Below, piece after piece: positions 13,935 through 26,499 of a stretch of DNA of 64,000 bases. The stretch spans positions 11,718,001 to 11,782,000 of the forward strand of contig JAQFVV010000009.1 of NCBI GenBank assembly GCA_028023455.1, given 5' to 3'. Position 1 is the stretch's first letter, and every line of letters starts with the position of its first letter. The notes below the pieces were generated by a model that worked only from the letters and a program-made list of their open reading frames with translations, searched no databases and was not told the origin of the DNA. Source of the DNA: Epiperipatus broadwayi (lineage: Eukaryota > Animalia > Onychophora). The translations under genes and the position numbers were made by a program.

Positions 13935-14149
13935 CACACAAGGACGACCTTTTTAAAATAGCTGAGTAAAGATAGAAATCAGGTCACATTAAGTATAAGA
14001 AAATTCTCATAAATATTGCAATCAGTACCAAATATATCATAATAATGTTATTTTTAAAAAAAATTATCATGCTAATCGTAAATTAAGTATGATCGTGTAA
14101 AAAGTTATAAACGGCTGCATGTGGTTTTTAGGCCACAGGTTGTTGACTA
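13935..14149. mobile_element. Probable short non-autonomous hAT (MITE)
   Basis: Flanked by GTCTAGAC / TTCTAGAC (Charlie-type NTCTAGAN target). Degenerate ends ...GACGACCT / AGGTTGTTGAC... Confidence 0.4.
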
Positions 14150-14989
14150 TTCTAGACCATCCTAATGTCTGCTAATATATATTTAAAACATAAATTATTT
14201 ATTGAAACATTCATCCATAACCTTTTTTTTTTAACAATGGAAAAATTTTTAAGATCTGGTACAAAACAAATCTTTTTTGAAATTCAGATTATTGAGTCAG
14301 TACACAATCTTAATGTAAATACAATCTGTAATGGTTTCTAATTGCCAAAACTTTTTTTAAAAAAAAGTGACATATAACTGCTATCCTTATCGAAATTGTA
14401 AATTTTTTTTATATCTTCATCTAGTTAAAATTTTTATTTAATGCAGTGTGTGTGATCTTTAAGTTTTTGTATATTCAATTGTCTTTTTAAAATACATTAA
14501 TTATAAGAATAATATACCATCCGATTGTTTAACCCATATAATTAAGTGCATTTAAAATTAAAAATAATGCGTGTTTTTTTTAAATTGAGAGTAATTTTGT
14601 AAAACAATAAACTATCGTATTTAATAAGAAAAAAGCATGTAATTAAAAAAGTTTTTTTATGTAGGTTTATTATAATAGTTTGTCTTGAATATATTTGCTG
14701 ATGGTAAAAAAAATATTTACTAAGAACAAAACTATAAACTTTCATTACGATATTTCTATTTCTATATTGATGATGTCATTTAAAGTTTTTGATTACTAAA
14801 AGATTATAATCCAAATATCAATGGTGCTGTAAAATTTAATATTAATATTCATTCTAATAAGCTTTTTTTTTTTTTTACTATTACTCTATGGTAAAAATAA
14901 ATCATGGGAATTCTATTTTATGGACAATTGCATCCATATCTAAACAGTAAAGCTTATTTTGAAATTTTTCTTTTTCAGTTAACAATTAG

Positions 14990-15890
14990 TAGATAGCCAT
15001 TTATCAAACAAGATTGAATGGTATCTGCATTTTTGAAGATGAATTTTTCATTGATGAAAGGCATCATATCACTCATTTTTCATAATGGGGTCAAAAAATA
15101 CTCTTGTAGTGGTATCCATCTTTTCAAATATGATAGCAATCACATGAATTCATTTTGATATTAAAGAATGACCAGAATAGCACATTGCAACATCAGGTAT
15201 GATGGCTGTTCAATAACTCACTCTTATTTTTCCCTACAAAGTTTAAAGTTACATAGTTCTATGGAAAGATACTTTGTCATGATAGAGCATTAAACCCCTT
15301 ATTTTCAGTTCTTAGTGAACTTCAGACATACATGGTTGTGTATACCAAGATTCTGAGACAATCTTATATTCTTTTAGCTTAATAGCTTTCATCAATATCA
15401 TACTTCTTAAGAAAGCAATGAAAATAATTTTTCATCAGATGTTGTTTTTTATCACACTGAATCATCTTCAGCCACCCAAATTTTACTTTCTTGACATATT
15501 AGCACATTGGATAAGAAATATAGATTTTTATCATCTGTTATAATTTTAGAAATAACCAGATGAATGCTATTATTAATTAATTATAAAGTTTGTTGGTTGA
15601 TTTTTATGCACTCAGCATTTTGCTCCTCTGTCAATTAGTGTGGAACTCAACATTAAACTTTTTTTAAATTACACTTTTCATGAAGGATTATATATATTGC
15701 TGTGGATTCAATACCAAGAATATTGTCTATCATTTGATAAGTGCAATGATTGTTGTCTATTTTTATTTTAAAGATATAGATAATTTTTTGGAGTATCTGT
15801 TGCAGCAAGCCTTTCTATAATGTTTATTATCATAAAACAACTTATGCTCCTGAGAAGGTTGCTCATGATGGTGCTATATAGGCCAAGTTT
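14990..15890 (-). mobile_element. Mariner transposase relic
   Basis: Minus strand gives LGIESTAIYIILHEKCNLKKV..*VPH*LTEEQ (WVPHxL motif), KIITDDK (IVTGDE), LYHDK (HDNA) and PDVA (YSPDLAP). No clear TIRs. Confidence 0.8.
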
Positions 15891-17288
15891 AAAATCATAA
15901 AAAAATCTTAATGTGATAGTATGCTTGTTCCAACTTCTTGACTTACAATATTACTGCATATCTCACAGCTACCAAAATATTAATGGCAGAGTTTAACTGA
16001 TGTAATATATTGAACCCAACACATGCACTTAACAATTCATACAGTCACTAGTTTTTCCATATCTAATAATTTCAGATTTTTTTTTATATTAAACAGAATG
16101 GTAAAATTAGTTATTCAGTTTAATTGAAAACACTAAATGAAGATAATTAACGTTTATGTCCCAACAAGTTCTTATTGTGATGAAAATGTAGAGAACATTT
16201 ATATGGATGTACAAAATATTTTTGATTAGACCGTAGGAGGTTTTTAATACTAGATATGATAAACAATTGAAAGATGAAAATGCTGTGGGTAAAGTTGGTT
16301 ATGGTAACAGAAATGAAACACAACATAGACTTATGGTTGCATAGAAAGAAAAAAACTATGTTAAGAATTTTTCATTAGAAAAAAAACACTAAACAAAAAT
16401 GAAAAAGTAAGCATCCAAATGAAAGTAAAGCAAAAATTCGATTAAATTTTTTTAACAGATAATATCTATTTCAAGTTGTAATGTTCTTATTAAATTCAGC
16501 ATAGGAAGTGATTAACAATTAGTGATATGTAAGATATGTATCAATGCAAAACTAGATCGATATAAACTATTAAGAAAGATAGCATTGACAGTGCTAATAG
16601 TTTATATTTGTAATCTTCAGAACCACTCCTACAATGAATTTAAATTAGAACTTGCAAATCATTTTAAAATTGTTTGACTGAAATCCATAAGAAGATAACT
16701 TTTGCTGGATTATGAAGTGCAATAAAAAAAATATCTGGTACAAAAGAGCATTGAAGAAAAGGAATAGAAAATATAAATTCTGTATTGGCAACGAAAGCTA
16801 TAGAAGAAAATAAAAGTCCCCAAAGGATAAAACAATGTCTTTAAATTAAAAGAAAAATTGTTTTAGCAATAAGATGAGACTTTACTAAAAAAAGAGAAGT
16901 AATATCCTGAAATGCAAACAAAACATTCCCTATAGTTACTACATTTGGTGAATTACTAAGTATTCTAAATGAAAAGGCAAGACATGCAATTATATCTATA
17001 AAGAATGGAAAAGCTCCAGGAAATGTTTATTATTGCTATTTTAACAAAAGCAGGTAAATAAATTATTAGAAACACTATATATCAAACATTCTAAATGATA
17101 AATATATGCTACATGATTGGGAAAATGCAGTAAAAATATTGATATTTAAGAAAAGAAAAGTTATTAGCAAGTACAAATCTTTCCATATACTTTAAGTTCT
17201 ACTCAAAATATTTATCAAGATACAAAAACAAAAAAAAAAAAAACTTGTTTTTTAAATTGTTTTTAACAGAATGGCTTGTATCCAAATA

Positions 17289-18186
17289 CACCTGGGTCTC
17301 TTTTTATGTGGTAGATATGTTTCACAGAAAACCCATATAAAAAAAATTGCACAAAAATAGACTTTCCTTGAAAAATTTGGGACATGTTTCATAATTTTCA
17401 AAAATCACATAAAACCAAAGCAACAAGTTAAAATTACTTTAAAATTCACATAAAAAAATAAATAAAAAATAAAGTATGACTAAAAAAAATTTTAAATATT
17501 TGAAAAAAATTGATACAAGACAAAGTTTTTTTTACTTTTTTATTAACTATTTAATTTTATTCAAAACAATATGTTTTTATATGCAATTTATTTTACATTT
17601 TGTCATACATATTTTAATCATTATCACTATTTGACAATATGCAGATTTGTTTGTGAACTGGTGAGAAATCAGATTCGTCATATGAGGAAACATGAGCAGC
17701 AGAATTAGCGCCAACTTCAGTCTCATGCTGTGTTAATGTTTTTCTGGTGGCAATGTAATCAGTGATTAAACTTTGAGATGATGATTTTACTAATTGCTTA
17801 TGAAGCTCACGATATCCAGATGTACAACTATTTAGCTCTCATTGAAATTTAAGAGCTCGTTCATAATTTGTGTCATTAACAAGAAAATGATTTTCCAATT
17901 GAGTAGAAAGTTGAAGACTTTCTCAAATCATTTTTGCTGTGAAATGAACAAATTCCACTTCAGTTTCATTATCTTTTTCTAAATCTTATACAGTATCTAA
18001 ATTTATTGCCAAACTTTTTTCCAACAGGCATTTAAAGTATGTAAAATTTAATGCATGTATTGGGAAAATCCTGATTTTAAGTTAAATATGAACTTCTTTA
18101 TCACATAAAAGGATATTAAGAAGAAACATGAATAGCATAACTTCAAAATCACATTTAAAAAATCTGCATAAAAAGAGACCTAGGTG
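17289..18186 (-). mobile_element. Non-autonomous Tigger/pogo-type Tc1-mariner element
   Basis: About 23-bp TIR CACCTGGGTCTCTTTTTATG / CATAAAAAGAGACCTAGGTG. TA TSD at 17287-17288 and 18187-18188. Retains a Tigger-like C-terminus on minus: NDTNYERALKFQ*ELNSCTSGYRELHKQLVKSSSQSLITD. Confidence 0.9.
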
Positions 18187-18432
18187 TATTGAGAGAAGTT
18201 ATAAATAAGACCAATGTATATGAATTGCCATTATGCTATGGATTTTTGGATTATGAAAAGGCATTGATTTTATAAGCATTTTCACGTTGATTAAAACGTT
18301 GGATATTTAAGATATAGATCTGGAATATTGTCATATTCTGAAGAATATTTCTCAAAATGCATCAGCAGTATTTAGATTATTTGATGATATTAAGAAAATT
18401 AAATAAAAAGATTATAAGATGATTCCTTATCT

Positions 18433-19120
18433 CACTATAAACTCATCAACACTCCTTTAACACTTTAAGCAAATAATTTTAACAGTTTTGACTGTACTAG
18501 CAGTCTTCTTCAGATCTACAACATAAAAAATTAGACAAATATTATATCAATACAACCAAAATTCTTATTCTTCATATAAAATTATAATAAAACAAAATGA
18601 TATAAAGCAAAAACAACTCAATCCAAAAACTTTTCAAACAAAAATTTTTTTTCAAATCTTTTAAAAACCCAAAACTCAAAAACTAAACTATAAAAAATTA
18701 ATAATAATAAAAAAAAAAAATTAATAATAAAAATATAAAAAAAATTTTTTAATTATTTTTAAAATTACAACCAAATAAATGTATTAAAACAATTCAAATT
18801 TTATCATCAAACCATTAAAAGCAAAACCCTTAAAACCCATTAAAACATTAATCTAAAAATTAATACCAAAAATTATCATTTTTAACATAATTAATTACAA
18901 AAATAAGACCAAAAATCAAAAATTAAAAAATTAAAATTAAAAAATAAAATTAAAAATAAAAATTAAAAATCAAAACAAAATATTAAAAATCAAAAACTAT
19001 AAACTAAAAATCATTGTTTTCCCTTTTTTACACTCCCATTTAAAGGAGGGTTGATGAGTTTATAGTGAAATATAAAAAGAAGCAAAATATAGAGGGAGAA
19101 GGAAGAAATAGATGAATTAT
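18433..19120 (-). mobile_element. TSD-flanked, G-depleted insertion with inverted arms and an HHR relic (Penelope-like pLTR fragment)
   Basis: 14-bp TSD ATGATTCCTTATCT (18419-18432) / ATGATTCCATATCT (19121-19134). Arm 18433-18460 is the inverse of about 19040-19067. HHR motif on minus at 18481-18512. Confidence 0.65.
18481..18512 (-). ncRNA. Hammerhead ribozyme relic (G12 to A)
   Basis: Minus strand CTGAAGA-A-GACTG ctagta CAGTC-AAAA-CTGTT. Perfect 5-bp stem II. CGAAA to CAAAA is a single CpG-type change. Stem I is poor. Confidence 0.6.
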
Positions 19121-19540
19121 ATGATTCCATATCTTTAAAATTTGTCACAGAAGTTTAAGAAAAAATATCTTAAGGATTAAAATGTAAAATCAAGAAAAGA
19201 ATTATTTAAGTCATTTATATTTATAGTTGTTTGACTAAAGTTAAATGCTAAAAAAAAAAAAAGGTTCAAAGGATTTTCTAAGAAGATAGAAATAACATTA
19301 ATAATCATGAATTAAAAGGTGATATATACAAATATTTTGGGTAGATTATTAATGCTGATTTAAACATAATGATTTAAATTAATCATAGAATTAAACTAGA
19401 ATGCCCTTGATAGAAATAACTTGGTATCAAAAGAAAATATGTCTATGCATTTAAAGAAAAAAATCTTTCATAGATATGTTTTATCATTTCTTACTTATAG
19501 ATTGGAGACTTGGATACTTAACAAAAGATCAATACAGATA

Positions 19541-19992
19541 GTTGTATTTATATATTGGACTATTTCCATTATCTAATATAAATATTGAATGTCTTTATTT
19601 AAATATTTTAAATAGTACTAGCATGGGAATCGAACCTGGACTCTTAGATTCTTAAGTATTGAATTTTAAGGTAAGGCTCTAGCTGTCTGAGCCATCCTGC
19701 CAGTGCATTACCTTAAAATTCAATATGCAAGTATCTAAGGGTCCAAGTTTGATTACCATGCTAGTATTGTCATTGGTCAGGCTAGAACACCTGATGAAGA
19801 GAGGAAAGTAATACCTCTTGAAACGTTGTACATATACTAACCTGTGTATTACTACTAACAGTTGAATGTATTTAGAATATTGAAATAAGGTTAAATTTTT
19901 CTAAAGATATTCAATACTTATAATAAATGATGGAAATAGTACAAAATATAAATACAAACAAAATACCATCATCACAAACCTTCAGGAAAACA
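19541..19992 (+). mobile_element. Fold-back retroposon: tRNA-like head plus hammerhead ribozyme
   Basis: 12-bp TSD TCAATACAGATA (19529-19540) / TCAGTACAGATA (19993-20004). Outer inverted arms about 19541-19600 / 19903-19960; inner arms about 19612-19675 / 19717-19768. tRNA-like A-box GGATGGCTCAG and B-box GGTTCGATTCCC on minus. HHR on plus. Confidence 0.72.
19785..19830 (+). ncRNA. Minimal type I hammerhead ribozyme motif, core largely intact
   Basis: CTGATGA (19791-19797), A, GAGAGG aaagtaata CCTCTT, GAAA (19820-19823), CG-TT. 6-bp stem II with a basal G-U; ACGT palindromic stem III. Stem I is only about 2 bp. Confidence 0.6.
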
Positions 19993-21329
19993 TCAGTACA
20001 GATACTTTCTGATTATTCAACAAAATATGGAAAGATGTGCATTTGTAATATTAAAAAGAGAGAAGATAAAATCTATAGTTAAGAGATCATTGAAAGAATT
20101 AAGTGGATGAAATGCAGCTGGAATGAACATATTGCTAGAAGAGATGATAATAGATGATCAATTGAAGTTTTAAATTGGTTTTTCAAGAGTTTTAAAATAC
20201 CGAGAAAAGAATGAATATGAAATACATAGATGACATAAGGAATTTTATTGATGTGATGTGGGAAAGAGAGAATTTAAATCAGAGAAACTGGATTAAACTT
20301 GAAGAGACCTTCATTTTAAAGTGCATCAATAGTGATTGAGTGTGATGATGATACTGTATTGTAACTGTCCCAAATGTACATCTCACCTGCAAGTCACCCA
20401 AGGGCATTTTTCATGGGATCTCCACATTCTGATATCTCAGAATAAAAAATATTTCCTTTTATAGCCTGCTAAGATCAGCTAAACACATGAGACTCACCAT
20501 ATTCGAATTAAATTATCAATTGCAAAATAATGACAAATGCTAAGGATAACTAGACACTATAATTTATTCATGCATATACATTTTTATAACACACATATGA
20601 TAGCATAACTTGACAGCCCTGTCAATTTATAAATATGTTAATACGATTAGCTATTTTATGCATTCAGTAATTAAACTTATGCATAGATCAGATATGGTAT
20701 AATATATTATTAATTGTTTGTGAACAAATATAACTTGCTCGATAGGCCAACGATTACAACTAATTATTATTATTACAGTTTTAAGATTTAATAAACCTAC
20801 TGTTGATCAAGGATTATTCCAGCTTTTTTTTCTTAATAGAAAAATGAAAGGTCATTTACTCATTAGACTATATAATTCGGATTGATGAGTTTTGGGTACT
20901 ATATTCTTGTTTTTGCTTAATTTTTTGATTAATAATAGCAAAATTATTTATATACTAACTAATAATTTTATTACTCGTTGAATGTATATGATCTGACTAT
21001 CTAATAAAATTCTGAACTTCTTTGGAAATTTTTATCTGCCTCAAAAAATTTAGTTCCATCCCAGATTCAATCTACTTTATTTGATTTATGCACTAAAAAC
21101 TATATATATATATATGCAATAAACATGAAATAAAATAAGCACATGTTTAGGGCATCAAAAAATAGAGGACACCACAGAATTTTTCTCATATCATTTTTTT
21201 AGGGTTTTTTTTTAATTGACTTACTCAATCTTAAACAAATTTTTAATATTTGTCTTTACTTACTATTTATTTAGCATATGATTTTTTAAAGACAGCTTAA
21301 TTATTAACAAAATACCATAAAAGAACCTG

Positions 21330-21720
21330 TAGAGAATCAGGACATAAATTCACTAATGACTTTATTAATTCTTCCAAGTTTGCCACTCTAGCCATAGAGT
21401 CAACAATATTTAACTGTATGATTCATGGTTTGTTCTTGTTCACATTTGCATAGATCAAAGGCTATTAAATTCAGTCAATGGAGCAGATGGATGTAGATGA
21501 TCCAATCCAGCTGACTTTATTATTGAATCTAGAAAAAAGAATTTCATTTTTTATTCCATAACTCTGTGATTGTAGATTCATTGTTTGAACATCCAATAAG
21601 GGAATCTTCATTTGAGCTGAGTCTTAGGTGATGAAATTATATCTTGGAATTATTGATAAGTTCAATCTGCTTAGCAGCTTTTTATATATTTTCTGTGATA
21701 CAACTTTTTTTCTGATATCT
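21330..21720 (-). mobile_element. 3' end of a LINE with C-terminal CCHC knuckle (Ingi/Vingi-like)
   Basis: Minus strand HLRLSS... then DLCKCEQEQTMNHTVKYC*LYG*SGKL, matching the CxCGxxxQTMxHIxxxC...GxL motif. Confidence 0.5.
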
Positions 21721-21959
21721 GGCAAAGAAATGTGTAAAAAACATCAGGAAACTATTGCAAAGTGAGCTTACAAAAATATTTCTCATGTTAATATTTAATT
21801 GAGTATACAGAAGTCAGAGAAATATGCTAGTGTTAGGTAAGCTATTCTTTAAGTTCTTGCATAATAATTCTAAATAGTGTCAGCTAACTTTCCAAGGAGG
21901 TTATAGCTAGAAATTTCTCTCTTTTCTTCATAGCATAAGCATGTGTTTTAAAGACCTAC

Positions 21960-23400
21960 AGAGGTCCCTAGTGACGATTTTTTCAGACACTCATTGCTAA
22001 GGTTTACAGCCTTGTTAAAACTATTACATAAATGAAGAAAGTAAGTTAAACTACCATCTAACATTACTCATACTAAATATATGGGATACAATTATGTTTA
22101 GGCTGACATATCAAAGTTGTATTCAGATTGAGAGATATTTTCCTGTTTTTTTTCCAACTTTAATTGATTATTGCCTGGTTATATTATAATTGAAATTTTT
22201 ATCTAGATTATTACATGGAAAATTTGCCAATATATTTCAAGGTTTACATTTATAAGTCCATAATATATTTGAATCAGATCATATTATCAAAACTTTTAAT
22301 AAAAGAAATTTAATAGGAATGTATAAAAAATAGCAAGAGAGTAGTCATTACAGAAAGTTTTAAGAATTATAAAAATATACTCAAAGTGCAGAAGACAATC
22401 AAATAACTATAAACTGCTAATATATTTGGGCATTATAACTGAATTCAGTAAAAGATTTTAATAAAAAATAATATTGAATATGTACTCTCTTCAACTTATT
22501 CATTAACACTAGTAGACTAAAGTCTGTTGTTTATTATCATGTGAATATAAAAGTTGGTGGAAAATTTGTAAAAATTTATTTGAAGATGAATATGTTAAAA
22601 TCCCTCTCTGATATTAGATGGTAGGGATGTTACATGGCAATACAGATTTTTAACATTCTAAAATCTTTAAAAAGTCTAGCTTAAAATCAATCACAAAAGA
22701 TCCTAAAAGAGAAACTGACAATATTATTTCTATCATGCAGAATGAAATTTTATAAAAATTTCATAAAGCAAATGAAGTTGTACAAATTGAGGATGTGAGT
22801 TAAAAGTTTATCCAGATCCCTACAAGTCATCAGCTAATCAAATATGCTCTTTAAGAGATGGTTTTGATTGATTTGAAGCATTTGCAAAGGAAATATTACC
22901 AAATTATCAGAAAAAAAATAAATAGTAAGTCCTAAAAGTATAACTGAATGTCAAAGATAATTTTATATTATCACCTTCTACATAACTAGAGCTTCATATC
23001 AGAAAAAGTTGAATAAAGAAATAGAACAAATGATCTACAAAATAATATAACTTCATTTACTATAACTAAAATTTTCTCTCATGCTGGTTGATATTCATGT
23101 GGAAAATTTGGCTGGCACTGAGTGGCACTACTGTATGGAGAGTTTTGCCTGTTTTAATAACAGATTAGACTAACTTAAGTGTTTGTTTCTATATGTAGAC
23201 ATCATTTTTGTATATTTTTATTATTGGTGATCATAAATTGTATGGTTGAATATTCATTTTCTCAATTCAAGCATATTAAAAATCCTGAAAGAATAATTAT
23301 ATGCCAATGCAAGTTGTGCTAAGTGGTCAAGCAGAGATTGTTTTTAAGGATATGGTCAATAATTTTTCAGTTAAGAAAAATCAAAACTTTTTAAATAGAA
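21960..23400 (+). mobile_element. hAT transposase relic (ZMYM1-like group)
   Basis: PLSDIRW (TRW motif) near 22605 and a dimerisation-domain remnant INCMVEYSFSQFKHIKNPER near 23230-23300. 22155-22386 recurs at 59748-60006. Confidence 0.6.
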
Positions 23401-23689
23401 AAATAATTTTTAAAATTAAAACATCAGTATCAAACTTTTAGTAGTCTTTAGTAGGGTAATTAAAAATCATTTGCAAAAAAAAAAAATAGCATTTACATTT
23501 TTTAAAAATATAAATTATATTTTAATACATATAACAGTGATGTACTCTTATTTTGTCTTCTTGTTGATGAGGCTATAAATAATTGTTTAAATTGCTTGCT
23601 GCTTATAAAAAGTAAACATGTGTTCTAAGACTTGGAGGTCTATCTTAAAGAAAACTGATTTTTAAAAAATCTTATTTCACTTTCAGCAC

Positions 23690-24470
23690 TTATTGTTAAT
23701 ATGTAATGAAGAGTTGAGAAGCAGAACTATTGGGATATTTTTATGACATCAGCAGACTTTAATATTACAATAAACAATAAAAGCAGAAATACTTTCAGTT
23801 ATTATAAACTTTTTCAATTGTTTTTACTTCATAAATTAACTCTCAAAAGGCACCATTTTATGTTATTTCCAATAAACTTAATGAATTTTTACATTTGAAT
23901 CTTGTTTATTAACCAAATTACTTCTTTTGTTAATAAAGATAGCCTATTTAATTTTTATTATTTTTCTTTATGCAATATCTTTAAATCAAATACAAATTGC
24001 TAGCTGCTTAAGTTCATGATCATTAAGTGAGGAAAAGGTTTGAGCATTATTTATTTTGCTTGTTTTTTAACTCTTTCATAAGAATAGTAAAAGACGAAGG
24101 ATTGAAGAGGTTTTTATTAACAGAAGAAATAATTTTCGTAATAAATATTATGCTTACATAAAAATTTGCAAAGTTTGGGAGATAATGTGAACTAATGCAT
24201 TATGTGAGTTAATTTTAAAAGTAAAAGCAGTTGAAAAAGTTTGTTATAATAATTGAAAGTATTTTTGTAGTTATTTGCCATAATTCATATATTTTGTTAC
24301 TATATATATTAGATAATTTTCTCTTGGGAAGTAATCTCAACAAAAATTAATTGATAAAATACCAATTAAAAATATTTAAAGGAATGTTCCATCTTGTTAG
24401 TATGATATTCTTTTTTTTAAGATTTGTTAAAGTGCCATATAAGTATCCACTCATCACTTATTATATTTAT
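23690..24470 (+). mobile_element. Probable second Buster-type hAT transposase relic
   Basis: Eroded matches to RWLSRGKVL (near 24020-24050) and LNxxLQG (LHKNLQSLG near 24155). Confidence 0.4.
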
Positions 24471-24994
24471 CACTATGATTTTTAAAGAAATATTGCTTAA
24501 TTTTGAAATCAAATAATAGTAATGTTTAATATTACTTATACTTTTAATGGCTCACTATATGGCAAACTGTTAAATTTTCACCATTATAGTTATACATGAA
24601 AACAATAAACCATTACAAAATAGTGATTTATTATATACTAGCATCTATTGATTATTCAAAGTTACATTAGATGTCATGACTGGAATGAGAGAAAGAGAGT
24701 TGATTACTAAATTTGGTTATATTAACAAGAGATTGTTTTACAATGAATTTTGGACTTGAGATAAATGATAGCAAGTTACAACTGATGATTCTGTGTGTGT
24801 TTTCTTGTTCAAATATTTTTTTTGCAAAAGACTCTTTGGGACTATAATATTAGATTTACAATAGATAAGTTGGGTAAATTATTTTAATAGTTTATATTAT
24901 GAGCATAATTCATTGTATTTATTCTATTTCAAAACTTTTTAATGTTAGTTTGAATAATCAATAAACATTTGATGATAATGCCACATCCAAATTC

Positions 24995-25030
24995 TCAAAC
25001 TAATTTCTGACTTTTAGTCGTCATCAGTGA
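24995..25030 (-). ncRNA. Hammerhead ribozyme relic
   Basis: Minus strand TCA-CTGATGA-C-GACT aaa AGTC-A-GAAA-TTAG-TT-TGA. Core boxes are intact, with a 4-bp stem II, a basal C-A mismatch and a 3-bp stem I. Confidence 0.5.
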
Positions 25031-26499
25031 TGAGTATTAAATTGTATCCACACATCCAATTATCACTTTTAATGTTCATTAATTACTCAATTTTACAATG
25101 AATGTCTTTGTAATAGAATAGATTACTATTTTTAATACAGATGTTAAAAGTATATTGGGAAGAGCATGTGATACTTTGGTATAATAGTTAAAATTGCAAA
25201 TTTTATTGATTATCAAAAAAAAAAAATGCTAGTAATCACACTGAGGCTTGATATTGTTATCAAATATATAATAAATTCTTATGGTGACAAGGATGGTTAT
25301 ATGATAGCAAACTACCATTGAAAATGATTAAATGTTTTATCAGTTTTGACTAACTCAACCTGCTTTACTTTATTCAAAAATTATTTATTAAGTAATAGTA
25401 AAAGTACTTCAAATTTTTAAAATAATTCAAAAGATCACAAAGTCGCTTTAGTCTATAAAAATATGCTATTATATACATGGATTCTTTTTTTATGTACTTT
25501 TTTTAAAAACGCTTTAAACTTTAAAGTAATACTTGTTTTTTTGCTTAAAAAATAATTAGTAGAAACATATAGATAAAATAATAATACTGTTTGAAAATTT
25601 ATGTTAAGTTCTATAAATTAATATTATATAAGTTTATATTATGTGTATGTACATAAGAATCTCTTCTTTAAAGGCGTCCTCATTTCGGTATATTTACATA
25701 AAAAATGTATTAAATTCTTGCAAAATTTAATTACAGTCATTCTCAAAGATGAAAAACACAATTCTGTTTTTCCTTATCCTTTTTCTAGCTTAACCTTTTT
25801 AGATTTATTAATGTGAAATACCTCTTCTGTTTGGAAAAAAATAAACTGCATATCATCTATGATTATGTAAAGTTCTTTGTCTCAATATCATATGGAACAA
25901 ATAGGTAGAGTAACCCAATCAAATTATAATACTTGATATAATTTTCTATTGCTTGCTTCTTTCCTCAAGATCTTATTACTCATATGCATGACACCAAGAA
26001 CAAAGATTACATTTTTATCCTCAAAGAAGAATTTTCATAAATATAATTATTGTTTTTTAAAAAAATAATAATGATTATGATAATGTATATATTTAAAATT
26101 CTTCTAAAAAATAACTGTCATAAATACAGGAAAATTCTTGAAAATCATATTAAATATAATTGAAAATTTTATCATAGACTTTTTTCACAAAAATAATTGT
26201 AAATGTATTGTATATACTAGTCATCTTGAGATTTTAATATATTAGCAAATATATTTATCTTATTTGTATTCTTCTCATCTATCATATATCCATTTTGTAT
26301 GAATGAGTTTACATTATAGGTACATGTTATAGGACATTGTTTGTGAACCAACGCACATGTTAAAAATTTATAAATAATATTTATTGAATTTCTGATATTT
26401 GGTGAGGTGTTTCTTAGTAGGGGGAAAAATAATAGATACAAAATTATTACAAAATTTTACTGAGATAATTTTAAAAATAAATATAGAATTTTATAAATA

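Larger units (their letters stand above)
16070..20352 (+). mobile_element. RTE-clade LINE relic carrying three nested insertions
   Basis: Endonuclease IINVYVPTSSYCDENVENIY, VGKVGYGNRNE, GSD; KNGKAPGN. RT IQILREVINKTNVYELPLCYGFLDYEKA (restored across the Tigger insertion), GLKLNAKK, LTYRLETW. C-terminal WNEHIARRDDNRWSIEVLNW and a GATGATGAT tail near 20345. Confidence 0.87.

Noticed and set aside
18480-19020. Mitochondrial insertion (NUMT), suggested by strand skew
   Set aside because: No convincing ND2/ND4/ND5/ND6 or rRNA motif on hand translation with the invertebrate mitochondrial code. TSD, inverted arms and HHR point to a retroelement. Not fully excluded without BLAST.
18433-19067. CACTA/Transib DNA transposon (CACTATA...TATAGTG ends)
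   Set aside because: No 2-5-bp TSD at the arm ends. The true 14-bp TSD lies 53 bp beyond the right arm.
19612-19712. Functional tRNA gene
   Set aside because: Only A/B-box-like remnants. No complete cloverleaf or anticodon arm and no terminator; it is part of a TSD-flanked insert.
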